A stretch of DNA of 64,000 bases from Hypanus sabinus (Eukaryota). The position numbers and the translations under genes were made by a program. The notes beneath the pieces are model-generated. The model searched no databases, was not told where the DNA came from, and saw only the letters and a program-made list of their open reading frames with translations. The stretch covers positions 109,616,001-109,680,000 of the forward strand of contig NC_082714.1 in NCBI RefSeq assembly GCF_030144855.1, read 5' to 3'. Positions 1 through 13,567 of the stretch are shown here, one piece after another. Position 1 is the first letter of the stretch. Each line of letters starts with the position of its first letter.

Positions 1-29
1 TCTGCAGATTTTCTTTTGTTTCTGCTACA

Positions 30-2360
30 GATCCCCATAACTACCCAGAGCAATTTAAACCTGCTCTTTACCAAAGATGACCACGTAATCTAAATACGTC
101 CTTCATTTCAGATTATCCAATGTAATCAGAACAGATTCTTTGTCATGAATCACCCAGGATAATCAGAAGCAGCTCATTTCTTCATCGTCCATGATAAATT
201 GAATCTGCAAATTACTGACAATCAAACTAGATTGATGCTAGCTATCCAGGATTCTCTAAATCTGCATAGTCTGAATCTACTGTTCAAATCTGCTGCTCTT
301 TAACAATATTTACCCAGGATAAGATGAACCTGTATTTAACCACCACTTACTAAGGATAGTATGAACTTTTTATTCCTGCTTACTCAAGATAATCTGAAAC
401 TTTACAACTTTGCGTCTTTAGGATGAGATTATCTTTACCACTGAATGCCCAGAGTAAGCACCACCTTCTAAATCACTGATTTCCCTGAGTAATCGGACCC
501 TGTCTTTTTACCAGATACATCGAACAATCTGAATTTATGACCAATGTTTATGATGAATATGTTTGGATAAACTTAAATTATTCTTTACTCATGAATATTC
601 AGAATAATCTGAACAGGCTTGTTATCACTGATGCACAAGTTATGAACTTATTCCTCAACAGTATAGCAACCTGAATGTGTTCATTACTGACATTCGGGAT
701 AAGCAGAACCTGTTGAATACCATTGCCTATCCAGAATATTCTGAGTCTGTTCAACTACAAGGAATAATTCAATCATGTTCTTTCCTACCAATTATCCCAA
801 ATGATCTTTATCTGATGTTCACCACTAATTACCCATAATTGCAACCTACTCCTTAACAGCAAATTACACATGATAAAATGAACCATGTTACACCAATAAT
901 TGCCTGAACTAACCCAGAGCTGATGACATTGCCCACCGCATTCTGTGCGCTACTATTGTGCTAAATGGGACAGACTCAGAACAGACTTGGCACACCAAAA
1001 CTGGGTCATCCACAAGCTCTGCGGACTCCACCAGCAACAGAAACACACACCACTGCTCTCTGTAATAGCGGGGCCTGATATACCTGTACCACTAATATCA
1101 AACCTTTTTATCTACAAATTTGCAAGTATACACTAAAATTGAACTGTTTAAAATCTGTTTATTAGGGATATTTTAATATAATTACAGCTCATTGCACAGT
1201 ATAATAGGAACCTGCTCTTTGAAACTGATTGCCCTCAATAATCTGAATCTGCTTGTTACCAAAGCAACCTGAATATTCTTCACCACTGTTTTTACCATGG
1301 ATAATCAAAAAGATCACACCACTGCCCAACTGAATCTACACACTACTGAATAGCCAGGATAATCTGAATGTACATTGCTCTGATAATTACCCACAATAAT
1401 TATTGCCACTGATTACAGGATAAAGTGAGCCTGTTGTTTAATGCTGTTTGCCAAGATTTATTGTATCCATTCATTTCCCCTGATTATCCAGGATGTTCTG
1501 AATTAGTCGTCTACCACTGGTTATCAGGTAATCTGCATCTGGATCTACACTTCAATTTTAATAACCAGGATAGCCCAATTTGCTACTAATGATCATGCTA
1601 AATAATCATAATCGGCTTTTATCTCTGATTTCTCTGGAAAATCTGAACCAATGAATATTCACAATCAACAGAATCTTTACTGCTGTATACCACAGATCAT
1701 CTGCAACTAGATTTTACCATTCATTATTTAGTGGCTACAGTGTTTTTTAACTGTGGGTGAAAAAAAAGCTCTTCCTGTTTAAACTGTTCATTAGTATTGA
1801 AAGGCCATGATCATCTAAACATCTTCATTACTACTGATAATCCAGGATAAACCTAAATGACTTCCCCCCCCCCCCCCCCCGATTCATCTGAACATCAATG
1901 CCCAGGATAACCTGAAACTTGATCTTTGCTCCTGATTAAACCCACTCCTTACCACTAATTATCCTGGATCATCTGAACCTGCTATTTACCATATGGGTTT
2001 CTCAGAATCATTGCAATTTACTTGTTGCATTTTTTTCCCACTGATTACACAGGATAATCAAAATCAGATTTTCTAACTGGTAATTGCTGAGGACAATTTT
2101 AAGATTTCCACTGACTGATTTGTATAAATTTAATATTGGCCATTACCGCTGATCCTCCAGGATAATCTGAGCTTTCTTCACTTCTGATCATGAAGTTTAT
2201 CTGAACTTGCTCGTTCCCACTAAGTCTGCTCTTTATCACTGATTATGCAGGATAATAGAAGCTATTTTTACCTCTTATAATCCTGAATATAATGAGCCTA
2301 TTCTTCTCAATAATTACCAAGGATAATCTTGGTATTTTTGCAACTGATTACTCAGCCCCA
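30..2360. repeat. Highly degenerate ~36-37 bp tandem array, approximate consensus GATTA(C/T)CCAGGATAATCTGAACCTGCTCTTTACCACT
   Basis: CCAGGATAATC-like cores recur about 35-37 nt apart (GGAT-like sites at 317/354, 1454/1491, 1808/1845, 2250/2285/2321). No long ORF on either strand. Confidence 0.8.
940..1085 (+). mobile_element. Old LINE ORF2 fragment interrupting the tandem array
   Basis: YYCAKWDRLRTDLAHQNW resembles the post-endonuclease linker of chondrichthyan LINEs (recalled, not searched). The 37-bp periodicity breaks here. Confidence 0.5.
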
Positions 2361-3727
2361 TCATATTAGTGCAATTGTACTGTATTGTACATTTCTTCCT
2401 ATTATAGATGTCCATTCTGAATAATTGATTTTTCATAAACATAATTTCAGTCTAGCCTCTTCTGTTATTCCCCATTATACCTTGCAAACATTTTCCAAAT
2501 GCTGTTTATATTTTTGACTTATTCAGATCACAAAGCCACATGATTCACTGCCATCCTGTGGATGTCATATGTCATATATGACAGATAAGCCATTAGGCCT
2601 TATTGTTTGGCTTCTGTTTTTACCACTCTAAAACATATCTCTAAATAGCAATGGAAAAAATCATGAGTTATTCTCAAATTACAGTGGTTTTAAATTGTCC
2701 CAATGTTATCCAGTAAGTGCTGGCTTGATCCCTTATGGAAACAGGCATTTAGGCGGTTTACAACACATTTGTCCTCTGTGTGCTTTAAGCATGCGTATAA
2801 CTTTCTACAGATGGGTTGTCAACATATGTCCCTGTCTAGGTCTGTGTGTTTTCATGAATCTACATGCAAGAATAATTGATGTACGTATGCACATATTGAT
2901 AAGCAGGCAAGCTATTTTAGGAATACAATGCTTTGTTAAGTTTGTCCTAAGTATAAAAAAGGCCTTGTAGAGAGGAACAAATGAAGACATTGATAAGTGA
3001 CATTCTCATTGTGTGCATTCCTGAGGCACCGAGCCAGGTTTGGTAAATTACAAATGATAGGCAGTCCTTTGCCTGGTATTCACGGCTAGAATTGAAAAGG
3101 ACAGCAAGGGCGGATTATGTGCTGTTTCTCAAGGTTCACTTAAGAGCACAGGAACAAATTTAGTTTCGATAATACAGTACTGGCAGTCCAGCTGACCACT
3201 TTCATCTATTTTTATTTTACTTCTATATCTTTATTTTAAAAATTCTTTCTCATCTAAAGCCACCAAATTGTTCAGTGCCCTGAATTAGCTGTTCCACAGT
3301 TATTCTGTTTACAATTCAGAGAATCAGAAACTAGATGCCTTTACTTCATGCCAAGCTGCGTGTGCATACATGCCTATGTGCATGTGTGTGTATACACATA
3401 AGCAATATTTATGTAAATAGCTTTACACAAAACATAAAATCTATTTATTTCCTCTAACTTCAATTTCTTCCCTGTGATCCATACCAACATGGGAGCCTTT
3501 AGTTTTGGACAAAACAAAATCTTTTATTTAAAACCATATTTATTATAAAAGGTTCAGGTGGAATGTACAAACACAATACTGTTTCATCTCTCAATAAAGT
3601 CAATTTTGAGAACTTCTTTGACTCAAATTAAATAGTTTATTAAAAATAAATAAATAAATAAATAAATGGATAGACAGGTACTATTAAAATATGTCACTAT
3701 TGGTTTATTTAGGATGTGTTGAATCAA

Positions 3728-4696
3728 CACTGGTACACCTCAGGGATGTGTGCTTAGCCCACTGCTCTACTCTCTGTATACACATGACTGTGTGGCCAGG
3801 CATAGCTCAAATGCCATCTATAAATTTGCTGACTTTACAACCATTGTTGGTAGAATCTCAGGTGGTGACGAGAGGATGTACAGGAGTGAGATATGCCAAC
3901 AAGTGGAGTGGTGCCACAGCAACCTGGCACTCAACGTCAGTAAGATGAAAGAGCTGATTGTGGACTTCGGGAAGGGTAAGACAAAGAAACACATACTAAT
4001 CCTCAGAGGGATCAGAAGTGGAGAGAGTGAGCAGTTTCAAGTTCCTGGGTGCCAATATCTCTGAGGATCTAACCTGGTCCCAACATATCAATGTAGTTAT
4101 AAAGAAGGCAAGCCAGCGGGTATACTTTATTAAGAGTTTGAAGTGATTTATCATGTCAACAAGTACACTCAAAAACTTCTATAGTTGTACTGTGATGAGC
4201 ATTCTGACAGGCTGCATCACTGTCTGGTATCGAGGGGCTACTGCACAGGACCGAAAGAAGCTGAAGAAGATTGTAAATCTAGTCAGTTCTATCTTGGGTA
4301 CTAGCCTACAAAGTACCCAGGACATCTTCTGGGAGCGGTGTCTCAGAAAGGCAGCGTCCATTAGTAAGGACCCGCAGAACCCAGGGCATGCCCTTTTCTC
4401 ACTGTTACCATCAGGTAGGAGGTACAGAAGCCTGAAGGCACACACTCAGTGATTCAGGAACAGCTTCTTCCCCTCTGCAATCCAATTCCTAAATAGACGA
4501 TGAACCCTTGGACACTACCTCACTTTTATTTAATATACAGAAATTTTGTTTTTGCATGTTTTTTTTTAAATATGCATTATTGATTTACTTGTTTATTATC
4601 AATTTTTTTAAATTCATTTTTTCTCTGCTAGATTATATATTGCATTGAACTGCTGCTGCTAAGTTAGCAAATTTCACGTCACATGCCGGTGATAAT
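3728..4696 (+). mobile_element. 5'-truncated Rex1/Babar-type LINE (RT C-terminus + 3' UTR)
   Basis: LSPLLYSLYTHDC...IYKFADF, KMKELIVDF and HALFSLLPSGRRYRSL motifs, with frameshifts and stops. Confidence 0.88.
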
Positions 4697-5909
4697 CTTT
4701 TGGCTTCTATTTTATCTTAGTTATATTTAATAAGTTAAAAAATAAATTAAGAAAATGAAAACTCCATAGACATGGACCTGATGACACTAAACCATTCATG
4801 GAATTACTTCAGGTTTGTGAAGTAATTGAAACAAAGTGGTCTGAAGAAATGCTCCATGTTGGTGTTAGTGGTTCATGAGGATCGTGAAGTGGTTCAGCAT
4901 AGAACACACTCATCTCGCCCACTGGACCCATGCCAGATCTTTCTAGGACCAATTGACTTAGACTTTTTTTTTGCTCTTTTCATATACCCTTCTTGATCTT
5001 TTCTCCAAATAGTCACTCATTTATTTTAAAAGGTGACAATTGAGTCCACCTCAACTTAGGACACTGACTAAGGCCAAAGTTCTGGTCTGACTGACATTTT
5101 TGAGACCAACTGTGCACTGAAATAATGAATATCCCTTGTCAGGGCCTACTCCCAAGTCACTGCATCTTGATAAATCTACTCATGAACCGTACCCTCACAT
5201 TTAAGTTAAATTCACGTGTATACCAAAGAGCATTACCCAAAGTATGATACCGTCAAATGGGATTAAAATACCATACCACAGTGGGGAAATGTCTCATTCC
5301 AAAGTCTCAAATAAGATTATATGTAACTGTGACTGTGGAAAACTCTTCCTCAACCTTCTTGAAGAATCTATAATCATTTACACAGTTGATCACACTATTC
5401 TCCTATGATAACCTGGCTGGGGTGGGTTCACTGTTTCATTTCCTGCCTATCTAGGCATAGCTGAGGAATCAGCAGCATTTTTATTTCTTGCACCCTTCAA
5501 AGACATATTCCTGGCCCTTTCCTCAATTCTCATGTGCATATTACATATGGTGATTTCCCTCCTGAAATAGAACAAGTTCCAAATGTAATAATCAGACTCT
5601 ACCCTTAGTCTCCACTATAATGCTGTTCTATATTCAGAAAGTTCCTTCTTAAGAATCGATTTTAAGACGGTGCATAGCCCCAAACATGCTCATTATTGGA
5701 TGTAATAATACAATATGCTGCCATTGTGTACAATATTTCCAGCACTGAGTCTATATAATTAATCATAAGTGCCAGGGAAAGGCAAGGATGAAAATTCTGA
5801 AACCCATCAGTTATCAGTTTGAATATTCTATGAGCTTGTGTGTGAATATGAATTCATCCTGTTGATTTTTGATTTAACATATAAGATAAGCCAAAACTGA
5901 GTGAGTTAT

Positions 5910-6350
5910 CACAATCATGTTTATTATCAGTCTGATATAATGTGAGATCTGGTGTTTTGCAACTGCAGCACTGAGCAAAGACATAAAATTACTATAAATT
6001 ACAAAATGAATACAGTACAAAATCAAATGAAGTAATGAGGCACTGATCATGGACTATTCCGAAATCTGATGTCAGGGCATAAGACACTGAAGTTGAATCA
6101 CTGAGTGCGGGCCTTCAGGCTCCTGTACCGCTCTCCTGACAACAGTAGCAAGAAAAGTGCAAGTCCCAGCTGGTGAGGGTCCTTAGTGATGGATGCAATC
6201 TTCTCGAAGCACTGTCTCTTGAAGATGTCCTCGAAGGAAGGGAGGCTGTGCCCAGGATGGAGCTGGCAGAGTCTATAACTCACTCTCATGATCCTGTGCA
6301 TTGGAGGCTTTATATCAGACTGTGATACACTCAGTCAGAATGCTCCCTTC
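5910..6350 (-). mobile_element. Rex1/Babar-type LINE 3' fragment
   Basis: ASITKDPHQLGLALFLLLLSGERYRSLKART on the minus strand; 3' UTR like the other copies. Confidence 0.8.
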
Positions 6351-6699
6351 CTCCCAGCAAGTGCTGAGAAGGCAAACTAATGTGATTAATCCTGATCAAT
6401 GCAAATCAAAAATATGCATTTAAATAAACAACAACTCTCAGTGCATTTTGAACGCTGAAGAAGCATTCACATACCGTTAGGATGGGGAGCTCTATGCTTA
6501 ACCTCTTGCCATTCCACATGTATCCTAAACCATTCTCTGTCCTATCGCACTAGGAATGACAGGATTAGTGACGTGATTTGTAATCAAGGATGGCATCCAA
6601 AAAGTAATGCACCCCTGCTATACTACAATAGTGAAGAATCTTAATACTTTATAAACCATTATTACATACAATTAATGGCTACATAGGAGGAAAAGCTGC

Positions 6700-7915
6700 A
6701 CTTGCCATATCCACTGCAATTTGCCTATTGCCACAACAGGAATACAGCAGATGCAATCTCACTGGCCCTTCACTTGGCATTGTATCATCTGGGCAATAGC
6801 AATACTTACATCAGGCTTCTGTTTATTGATTACAGCTCAGCATTTAACACTCATACCCTCAGTACTAATCAACAAGCTTCAAATCCTGGGCCTCTGTACC
6901 TCCCTCTGCAACTGGATCCTTGACCTCCTCAACAGGAGATTAAATCCATGTAGATCAGAAGTAACATTTCCTTCTCTCTGACAGTCAACACTAGTGCAAC
7001 TCGAGGATGTGTCTCAGCCCACTGCTCTCTTCTCTCTTACACCTATGATTGTGTAACAAGGCACAGCTCAAACACCATCTATAAATTTGCCAAAGACGCA
7101 ACTATTGGCAGGATTTCAGATGGTAACGTGGAGGCATACAGGAGGGAGATGGATCAGCTGGTTGAGTGGTGTCACAATAACAACCTTGCACTCAATGTCA
7201 GCAAACCCAAGGAATTGATTGTGGGCTTCAAGAAGGGGAAGTCAGAGAACACACACCAGTCTTTGTCAAGAGATCAGTAGAGAAAAAGGTGAGCAGTTTT
7301 AAGTTCCTAGGCGTCAACATCTCTGAAGATCTATACTATTAATGCTATTACAAGGAAGGCACAATAGCGGGTATATTTCATTAGGAGTTTGAGGAGACTA
7401 AGTATTCACCAAAGACTCTTGCAAATTTTAGAAGATGTACCATGGAAAGAATCCTAACTGAGTGCATCACTGTCTGGTATGGAGGGACCACGGATCAGAA
7501 AAAGGATGCAGAAAGCTGCACACTCAGCAACCCTCATCATGGCAAGTAGCCTCCCCAGCACTGACGACATCTTCAGATGGCAATGCCTTAAAAATGCTAC
7601 ATCTATCAGTAACCCAGGGCATGCCCTCTCCTCTTTGCTACCAACGAAAAGAATGTACAGGACCCAGAAGACTCACACACTCATCATTTTAGGAACAGCT
7701 TCTTCCCCTCCACCATCAAATTTCTGAATGGACAAATTACCCATGTACATTATTTATCTATTGTGGGTTTTTTTAGCTCTTCGTTTGCACTACTTATTTA
7801 ATTTAATTTTTATATATTTATTATAATGTGTCATTTTTATTATTATGTATTGCTGCTGCAAACAAATCTCACAACATTCGTACGCCATTGATATTAAACC
7901 TAATTCTGATTCTAA
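6700..7915 (+). mobile_element. Decayed Rex1/Babar-type LINE fragment
   Basis: PLQFAY...TADAI...[17 protein letters not shown] motifs; ends aaacctaattctgattct. Confidence 0.88.
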
Positions 7916-8467
7916 ATTTACACTATCGTACAGTATAGCACCATATTTCCAAAGTAACTTTATACATCTCAGAGGACTGGGATATTACTGAGAATCAGCA
8001 CCTTTCACAGAATCAGTCATTTGCTATGTAAAAATATACTGTATAACTACAACATTCTATGACATATTTAAGAGAAATGCTGGGTGCAAATACATATTGA
8101 AGTTAGTATAGTCAGTGATACAGCACATTGCATGCTCCTTTTTCACGGTTGTAGATAAAGAGAAATAATTCAAATGGCTAGTCTCTCTTGACATCATTGA
8201 AGGAGGTAGAAATGAAACAATGCCATGAGGTTCATCTACATGGGCTGTTAATGAGTCAAAACACGCCAAAACCAAATTCACAGCAATGAAGCAATGAGAT
8301 ATGGGCAAGATGTAAGATCAATAATGGATACATTTATCCAGAAAGCCAATGGTTCCAAACGTTTCCTAAAATTAGGCCCTAAGATGTGGTATCATCAGAT
8401 TAAATTTAAGGAACAATTTCATGAACAGCCTCTATACACATGAACTTTCCTGATACAAGATGCTGAC

Positions 8468-8600
8468 CCAGTCCTGATGAAGGGTCTCAGCCTGAAACGT
8501 CGACTGTTTACTCATTTTCATAGATGCTGCCTGGCCTGCTGAGTTCCTCCAGCATTTTGTGTGTGTTGCTTGGATTTCCAGCATCTGCAGATTTGCTCTT
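8468..8600 (+). mobile_element. Penelope-like element terminal repeat (pLTR) fragment
   Basis: Shared motif tagatgctgcctggcctgctgagttcctccagcattttgtgtgtgttgc...catctgcaga preceded by a hammerhead motif. Related copies at 9535, 13370, 30145, 39925, 40940 and 41730. Confidence 0.75.
8469..8506 (+). ncRNA. Minimal type I hammerhead ribozyme with intact core
   Basis: Stem I CAGTC (8469-73) / GACTG (8502-06); CTGATGA (8474-80); stem II AGG/CCT; GAAAC (8494-98); GTC cleavage triplet (8499-8501); palindromic ACGT at stem III. Confidence 0.8.
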
Positions 8601-9289
8601 ATTTGTTACAAGCAGCTGAATGTTGTATTAGCCTCGCATGATAAATAGTCATTGTATCCAGTCTGCAAGAACCAAAGGGAATTTTGGAGTAACCAAAAGG
8701 GCGATGGATTAATGTTAATATTGATTTTGCAAATCTGCTTCTAGTAATCATTTGCTTTTGATTGTCGATGCCGACGGAAAGTATCATATTATTGAAAGTG
8801 TCAGTTCACCATACCAAAGCTTGATCATGTCTTTCCACTGTTTTGTGTCCCACAACGAGTTTGAATAATACAGTATTGATATAGACAGCAAAATCATTGG
8901 CCACATGCCAATGTTGAAGTAGAAAAAGAGTACCGTAGTTCATGCCAAAGGGAAAAGAAATAAGTTTGCCAGATGTTATGAAACCACCTAGCAATGACAC
9001 ATTCAAAATAAATGCCAACTCTATTATTTATTTATATTTTTCACAATATATGTACACGTGACCTCCAGAGATATATCCATAAGAAAGGAGATTGTCATCT
9101 ATCTTGGAAATTACATCAGAACATATTGAGAAAAACAAAAAAACAGAGGCTTCCAGTAACTTTTCTAGATACATTCCCTTACTCTCCTCTTGTAAGAAAA
9201 AATTTACTCAGTTGTTCAAGATTTTGAAGCATCTGCCATGACAGCAATATATTTTGTTTGAGTATGCTCCTGTGAATAGCCTTGGGATG

Positions 9290-9493
9290 TGAAGCACCAT
9301 CAATAACTCTAGGAGATGGGAGGCAAACGATAGGCTTTTATTAGCTGCAAGAAACGACCATGCAACATCCTGGAGACTGAGGGAGGAGCAGTGCCTCCAA
9401 TCGCCTTTATACAGGGGTCTGTGGGAGGAGCCACAGGAGCAGTCAGCAGGGGGGGGGGGGGCGTGTCCAGACAGGTATATGTAGTTTACCACA
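9290..9493 (-). mobile_element. Solo LTR (204 bp), TSD GGATG
   Basis: TG...CA ends; GGATG at 9285-89 and 9494-98; TATAAAG and AATAAA on the minus strand; related to 43463 and 47228. Confidence 0.9.
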
Positions 9494-9534
9494 GGATGTT
9501 TGACTATATCCAGGGTAATACCAAAGGAACACTC

Positions 9535-9778
9535 CAAAAAAATGCTGGAGGAACTCAGCAGGTCTGAGAGCCTTTATGGAAAGAAATGAACAGTCAATAT
9601 TTCTGAGCAAGACCTTTCACCAGGACTGGAAAGGAAGGAAAGGAAAGGGGCAAAAGCCAAAATAACAAAGTAGGGGAGAGGAAGGTGTTCAAGCAGATAG
9701 GTGATAGGTGAGGCTTGGTGAGGGAGAAGGTGCTTTTGTGTGTTGTTCAGGATTTCCAGCATCTGCAGAATCTCTTAA
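9535..9778 (-). mobile_element. Penelope-like pLTR remnant with inverted ends and a degenerate hammerhead (9591-9628, -)
   Basis: aatgctggaggaactcagcagg at the left end and inverted ggatttccagcatctgcaga at the right end; reverse complement reads cagtcCTGGTGAaaggtcttgctcaGAAATattgactg. Confidence 0.65.
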
Positions 9779-11034
9779 GTCTCTGATTTACTGCATAAAC
9801 ATGTATTTTTGTCTTGACCTCTTGTCCATTTTGCCTTATCCTTCGACATAAGCCTGCAGAGTTTTGAAAATGCAACATGCATAGAATTTATATAAACACA
9901 GCATACCTACTGAATCAGGGGCAGATTACTGTTATCTTCACCAAATTGGGCTGAGAAGAGCAGGATATAACGTGGGCCTTTCACCATTAAGCATGTAGTC
10001 GACCTGCATAACGATAACAGTGTCAGAATAATTATTGATTAGGGTTGGGATTGGTCCGTTGAAACCTCATGTGCCACCAAATCAAAGTGAAGACTGGACT
10101 GATCGATAGAGGGATTTTCAGAACTTACTAGTGGGTTCTCGACTGAGAAGAAAACTGAACTGAGGGAAATAAAACTGGTCTCCAAACAACAGGGATTCTG
10201 GGCAGACAGCCCAGGAATGAACACCAACCGATGGCGGCCCCAGTGGGTCGAGCACAGCCACTAGAAACAGCGTGAAGGACTGGAAGCCACGGGGCATCAG
10301 AGCATGGAACAGGGACCAGAGATGGATTTGGATTGTCAGAGTGGGGGAACTTGCGAGCTGCGAGGGAGGGTGGTTCGTGTTGGGGAGAGAAAGGAACTGA
10401 AGATTATTGGGGGGGTGATCGCAGAAGGGGCTACTTGAGGGGATGAGGTAGATTATGAGGTAAATTACTAAATGGAATTGGGATGGTTGGTGTTGGGGAG
10501 AGGAAGGTACCAAAGGTAGGGCTGTGATTGATTGCATAATGGGCTAGCTGAGGAGATGAGGAGCCTATGTAGTTAACTTGTGAATGGAGTTATGGGGTAG
10601 TGTGATGGGGAGGGGGAGGGAAGGGGGTAATGAGGGGATGCAGATAATTAGTGGATGGAGTGACTGCCTCAGGGAAAGAGGGGGCATGCAGATGGAAGGT
10701 AGAAATAGGAAGGAAGGGATTGCTAGGAATATGGAGAAGCAAGTGTTGGAGGAGAAGATTAGAATCAAATTAGGGCTAGAAGCTGTCAGGAGCCAGGAAC
10801 TTCGGATGTCTGGAGGTAGAAGAGGAGAATGGGCCTGTCCTAATTGGGAGGTGGAGACGTGAGAGGGCGTCCACAAAATGTGTTAGAAATTTTGGCTAAG
10901 TGAAGATAAATGGAAAGAATACACAAGCAGAAAGAACAGGACATCTGTCAGCGGAGCTGCAGCTCACTATAAATGAGGTACAATTGTGAGGGCATTGTGG
11001 TGATATATGAAAATCTCATTACTACTGACAATTA

Positions 11035-11632
11035 ATACTTCATTAGGAGTTTGAAGCGATTTGTCATGTCAACAAATACGCTGAAAAACTTCTATAATTG
11101 TACCATGGAGAGCATTCTGACAGGCTGCATCACTGTCCAGTATGGAGGGGCCACTCACAGGACCGAAAGAAGCTGCAGAGGATTGTAAATTTAGTCAGCT
11201 CCATCTTGGGTACTAGCCTACAAAGTACCCAGGACACCTTCAGGGAGCGGTGTCTCAGAAAGGCAGCGTCCATTATCAAGGACCTCCAGCACCCAGGGCA
11301 TGCCCTTTTCTCACTGTTACCATCAGTTAGGAGGTACAGAAACCTGAAGGCACACACTCAGTGATTCAGGAACAGCTTCTTTCCCTCTGCCATCCGATTC
11401 CTAAATGGACATTGAAGCTTTGGACACTACCTCACTTTTTTAATATACAGTATTTCTGTTTTTGCACATTTTTAATAATCGATTCAATATACGTAATTGA
11501 TTTACTCATTTATTTATTATGTTTTATTTTATTTTTTCTCTCTCTCTGCTAGATTATGTATTGCATTGAACTGCTGCTGCTAAGTTAACAAATTTCACAT
11601 CACATGCCGGTGATAATAAACCTGATTCTGAT
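11035..11632 (+). mobile_element. Rex1/Babar-type LINE 3' fragment, near-identical to 4125-4696
   Basis: ERCLRKAASIIKDLQHPGHALFSLLPS; tail aataaacctgattctga. Confidence 0.88.
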
Positions 11633-12659
11633 ACTCAGATCTTCACCTACACTATTGTATTGCACACTGGTGAGGCAGCCACTTCCCCAAGCCCTTGTTT
11701 ATGTTACTCAGCAATAACATGAAGTGTTGGAATACTGAAATAAATAATCATACCTTCTAAATGAATCTACTTCCTCAACTGTTGTCTAAAGCTGCTAAAA
11801 GCTTTGCATTTACTGTACATTCGTCTTTATCAGAATCATCTCATGAAATACCATCCTGGCCGGACTCCTCACAGTTATAATCAGCTTATAAAACAGTCAT
11901 ATGAAATAGGGGAGAAATAAACCATATGGTATCTTAAGCCTCCTCTGCCATTCAATAAGATCATGCTGATTAAATTTTTTTTAAACCTGGAGATACTAGA
12001 AATCAGAAATGAAAGTGGGAAATGTTGGAAAGGTAACATACCAAAAAGATAAACAAGAACTCACATCCTTCATCAGTTGATCGATCTGTCTTGTTCCCAA
12101 CTGCATTTTCCTCATTCTTTTCCCATAACCTTTGACTTGCTCTCATAGACGAGAAATCTGACCACAGTTGTCTCAAATACATTCAGTATTCAAGCATCAA
12201 AGTATTCAAGTTTCAAAGGTTCTCAGTCCTGCTTTATGAAGATATTTATCCTCCCCTCCCTTCTTGCTGTAGATTCCACCACAAACAGGAAACACAACCT
12301 AGCCACTCAATTGATCAGGAGCCACAAATTTCTTCCTTAAATCGCGAGACCCTTTAAATTCGAAGCAAGTTTTTCCATTTTTACTCTCCATTGCTTTTGC
12401 AATAGAGGCTGCCATTCCATTTTCCTCACCAATTACTCGATGAACTTACATGCTTTTGTGCTTCACGTATGAGGGTACCTCTGTGAAACTGCATTCTGTA
12501 GTCTCTCTTCATATAATCACTCTTCAAGTTTTCTGTTTCTCCTAACTGTGGATATTGCTACAATTCCCCACATTATACGCCACCTACATTTTTTTTGCCA
12601 AATTACTCTGTCGATATGTATCCTATTTTTGAAGGTTCTTCACTTTCACCATAAATGGA

Positions 12660-12945
12660 TGTCATGGTGGTTTGCGTGACACTATTGCAGCTTGGAGTGT
12701 TGGACTTGGGAATTCAATTCACTCATCTTCTGTAAGAAGCCTCTACGTCTTCCTTGCAAAATGTTTTTGGGTTTTCCCAGGGGCTCTACTTTCCTCCTAC
12801 AGTCCAAAGGCATACCGACTAAGTTAAATGGCCATTGCAAATTGTCCCATGATTAGGTTAGGGTTAAATCAGGGTTGTCTGGGATTGCTGGGGCAGCACA
12901 GCTAGATGGGCCTATTCCATGCTGCATGGCTAAAATAAAATTAAA
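12660..12945 (+). mobile_element. SINE (HE1/V-SINE-like), degenerate
   Basis: Core tgggttttcccaggggctctactttcctcctacagtccaaag...ttgtcccatgattagg, shared with copies at 14650, 16390 and 19645. Confidence 0.6.
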
Positions 12946-13369
12946 AAGAAAGTAAATGGCTTTCTGATGTATCTTTGTATTATCAGCAATTGCATACAAC
13001 ATATTTGGTCCCTTCTTGTAAGCAATTCTATAGATTGTAAATTGTTGAGGCTATTGATGGCTCTCACAATTCATTTGCCAACTAAAAAATAATTTATTCA
13101 ACTTGTTTGGATATTTTTCTTTGGCTCCTCTTCCACACCAATGTATTCCTCCCAATGCCATGAACTCTTTTATAGTAGCCTATTATATGGATCCATACAA
13201 AAAACCTTCTGAAATTTCAGATTCACTATATATACTGGTTCCCTTTTATCCATCCTTCTTGTTATAATATTAAAGCACTTTCAATAAGTTTATCAAATTT
13301 CCCCTTCACAAAACCAGTTGATTCTGCCCATCATAAATATCAGTGATCTACAGATGGTGGAAGTCCAGA

Positions 13370-13475
13370 GTTACATGCGCACAAAATAATGGAGCAACTC
13401 AGCAGATCAGACAGCATCTACAGAGAGGAATAAACAGTCAATGTTTCAGGCAGAGACCCGTCATCAGGACTGGAG
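13370..13475 (-). mobile_element. Penelope-like pLTR fragment with hammerhead motif (13435-13472)
   Basis: Reverse complement cagtcCTGATGAcgggtctctgcctGAAACattgactg; the GTC triplet has decayed to ATT, consistent with CpG loss. Confidence 0.7.
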
Positions 13476-13567
13476 TAACCTCTTCTGCACTCTCTCCACG
13501 ATTTCCACACGTTCTTTCTGTAGTGTAACAACTGCAATAGCACAATGTGGCTTAACCGAGGTTTTGC

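Noticed and set aside
30-2360. CRISPR-like array (palindromic ~37-bp repeats)
   Set aside because: Vertebrate context, no cas genes, degenerate repeats, and the intervening segments are homologous to each other rather than unique spacers.
30-2360. Common origin of the 37-bp array (reverse tcagattatcctgg) and the coding 30-nt unit (tcagtatcctgtg)
   Set aside because: Match of only about 10 nt, different periods and 55 kb apart; compatible with chance.
10280-10880. ORFs in the purine-rich tract
   Set aside because: Low-complexity G/A-rich sequence with no recognisable protein or clear periodicity.
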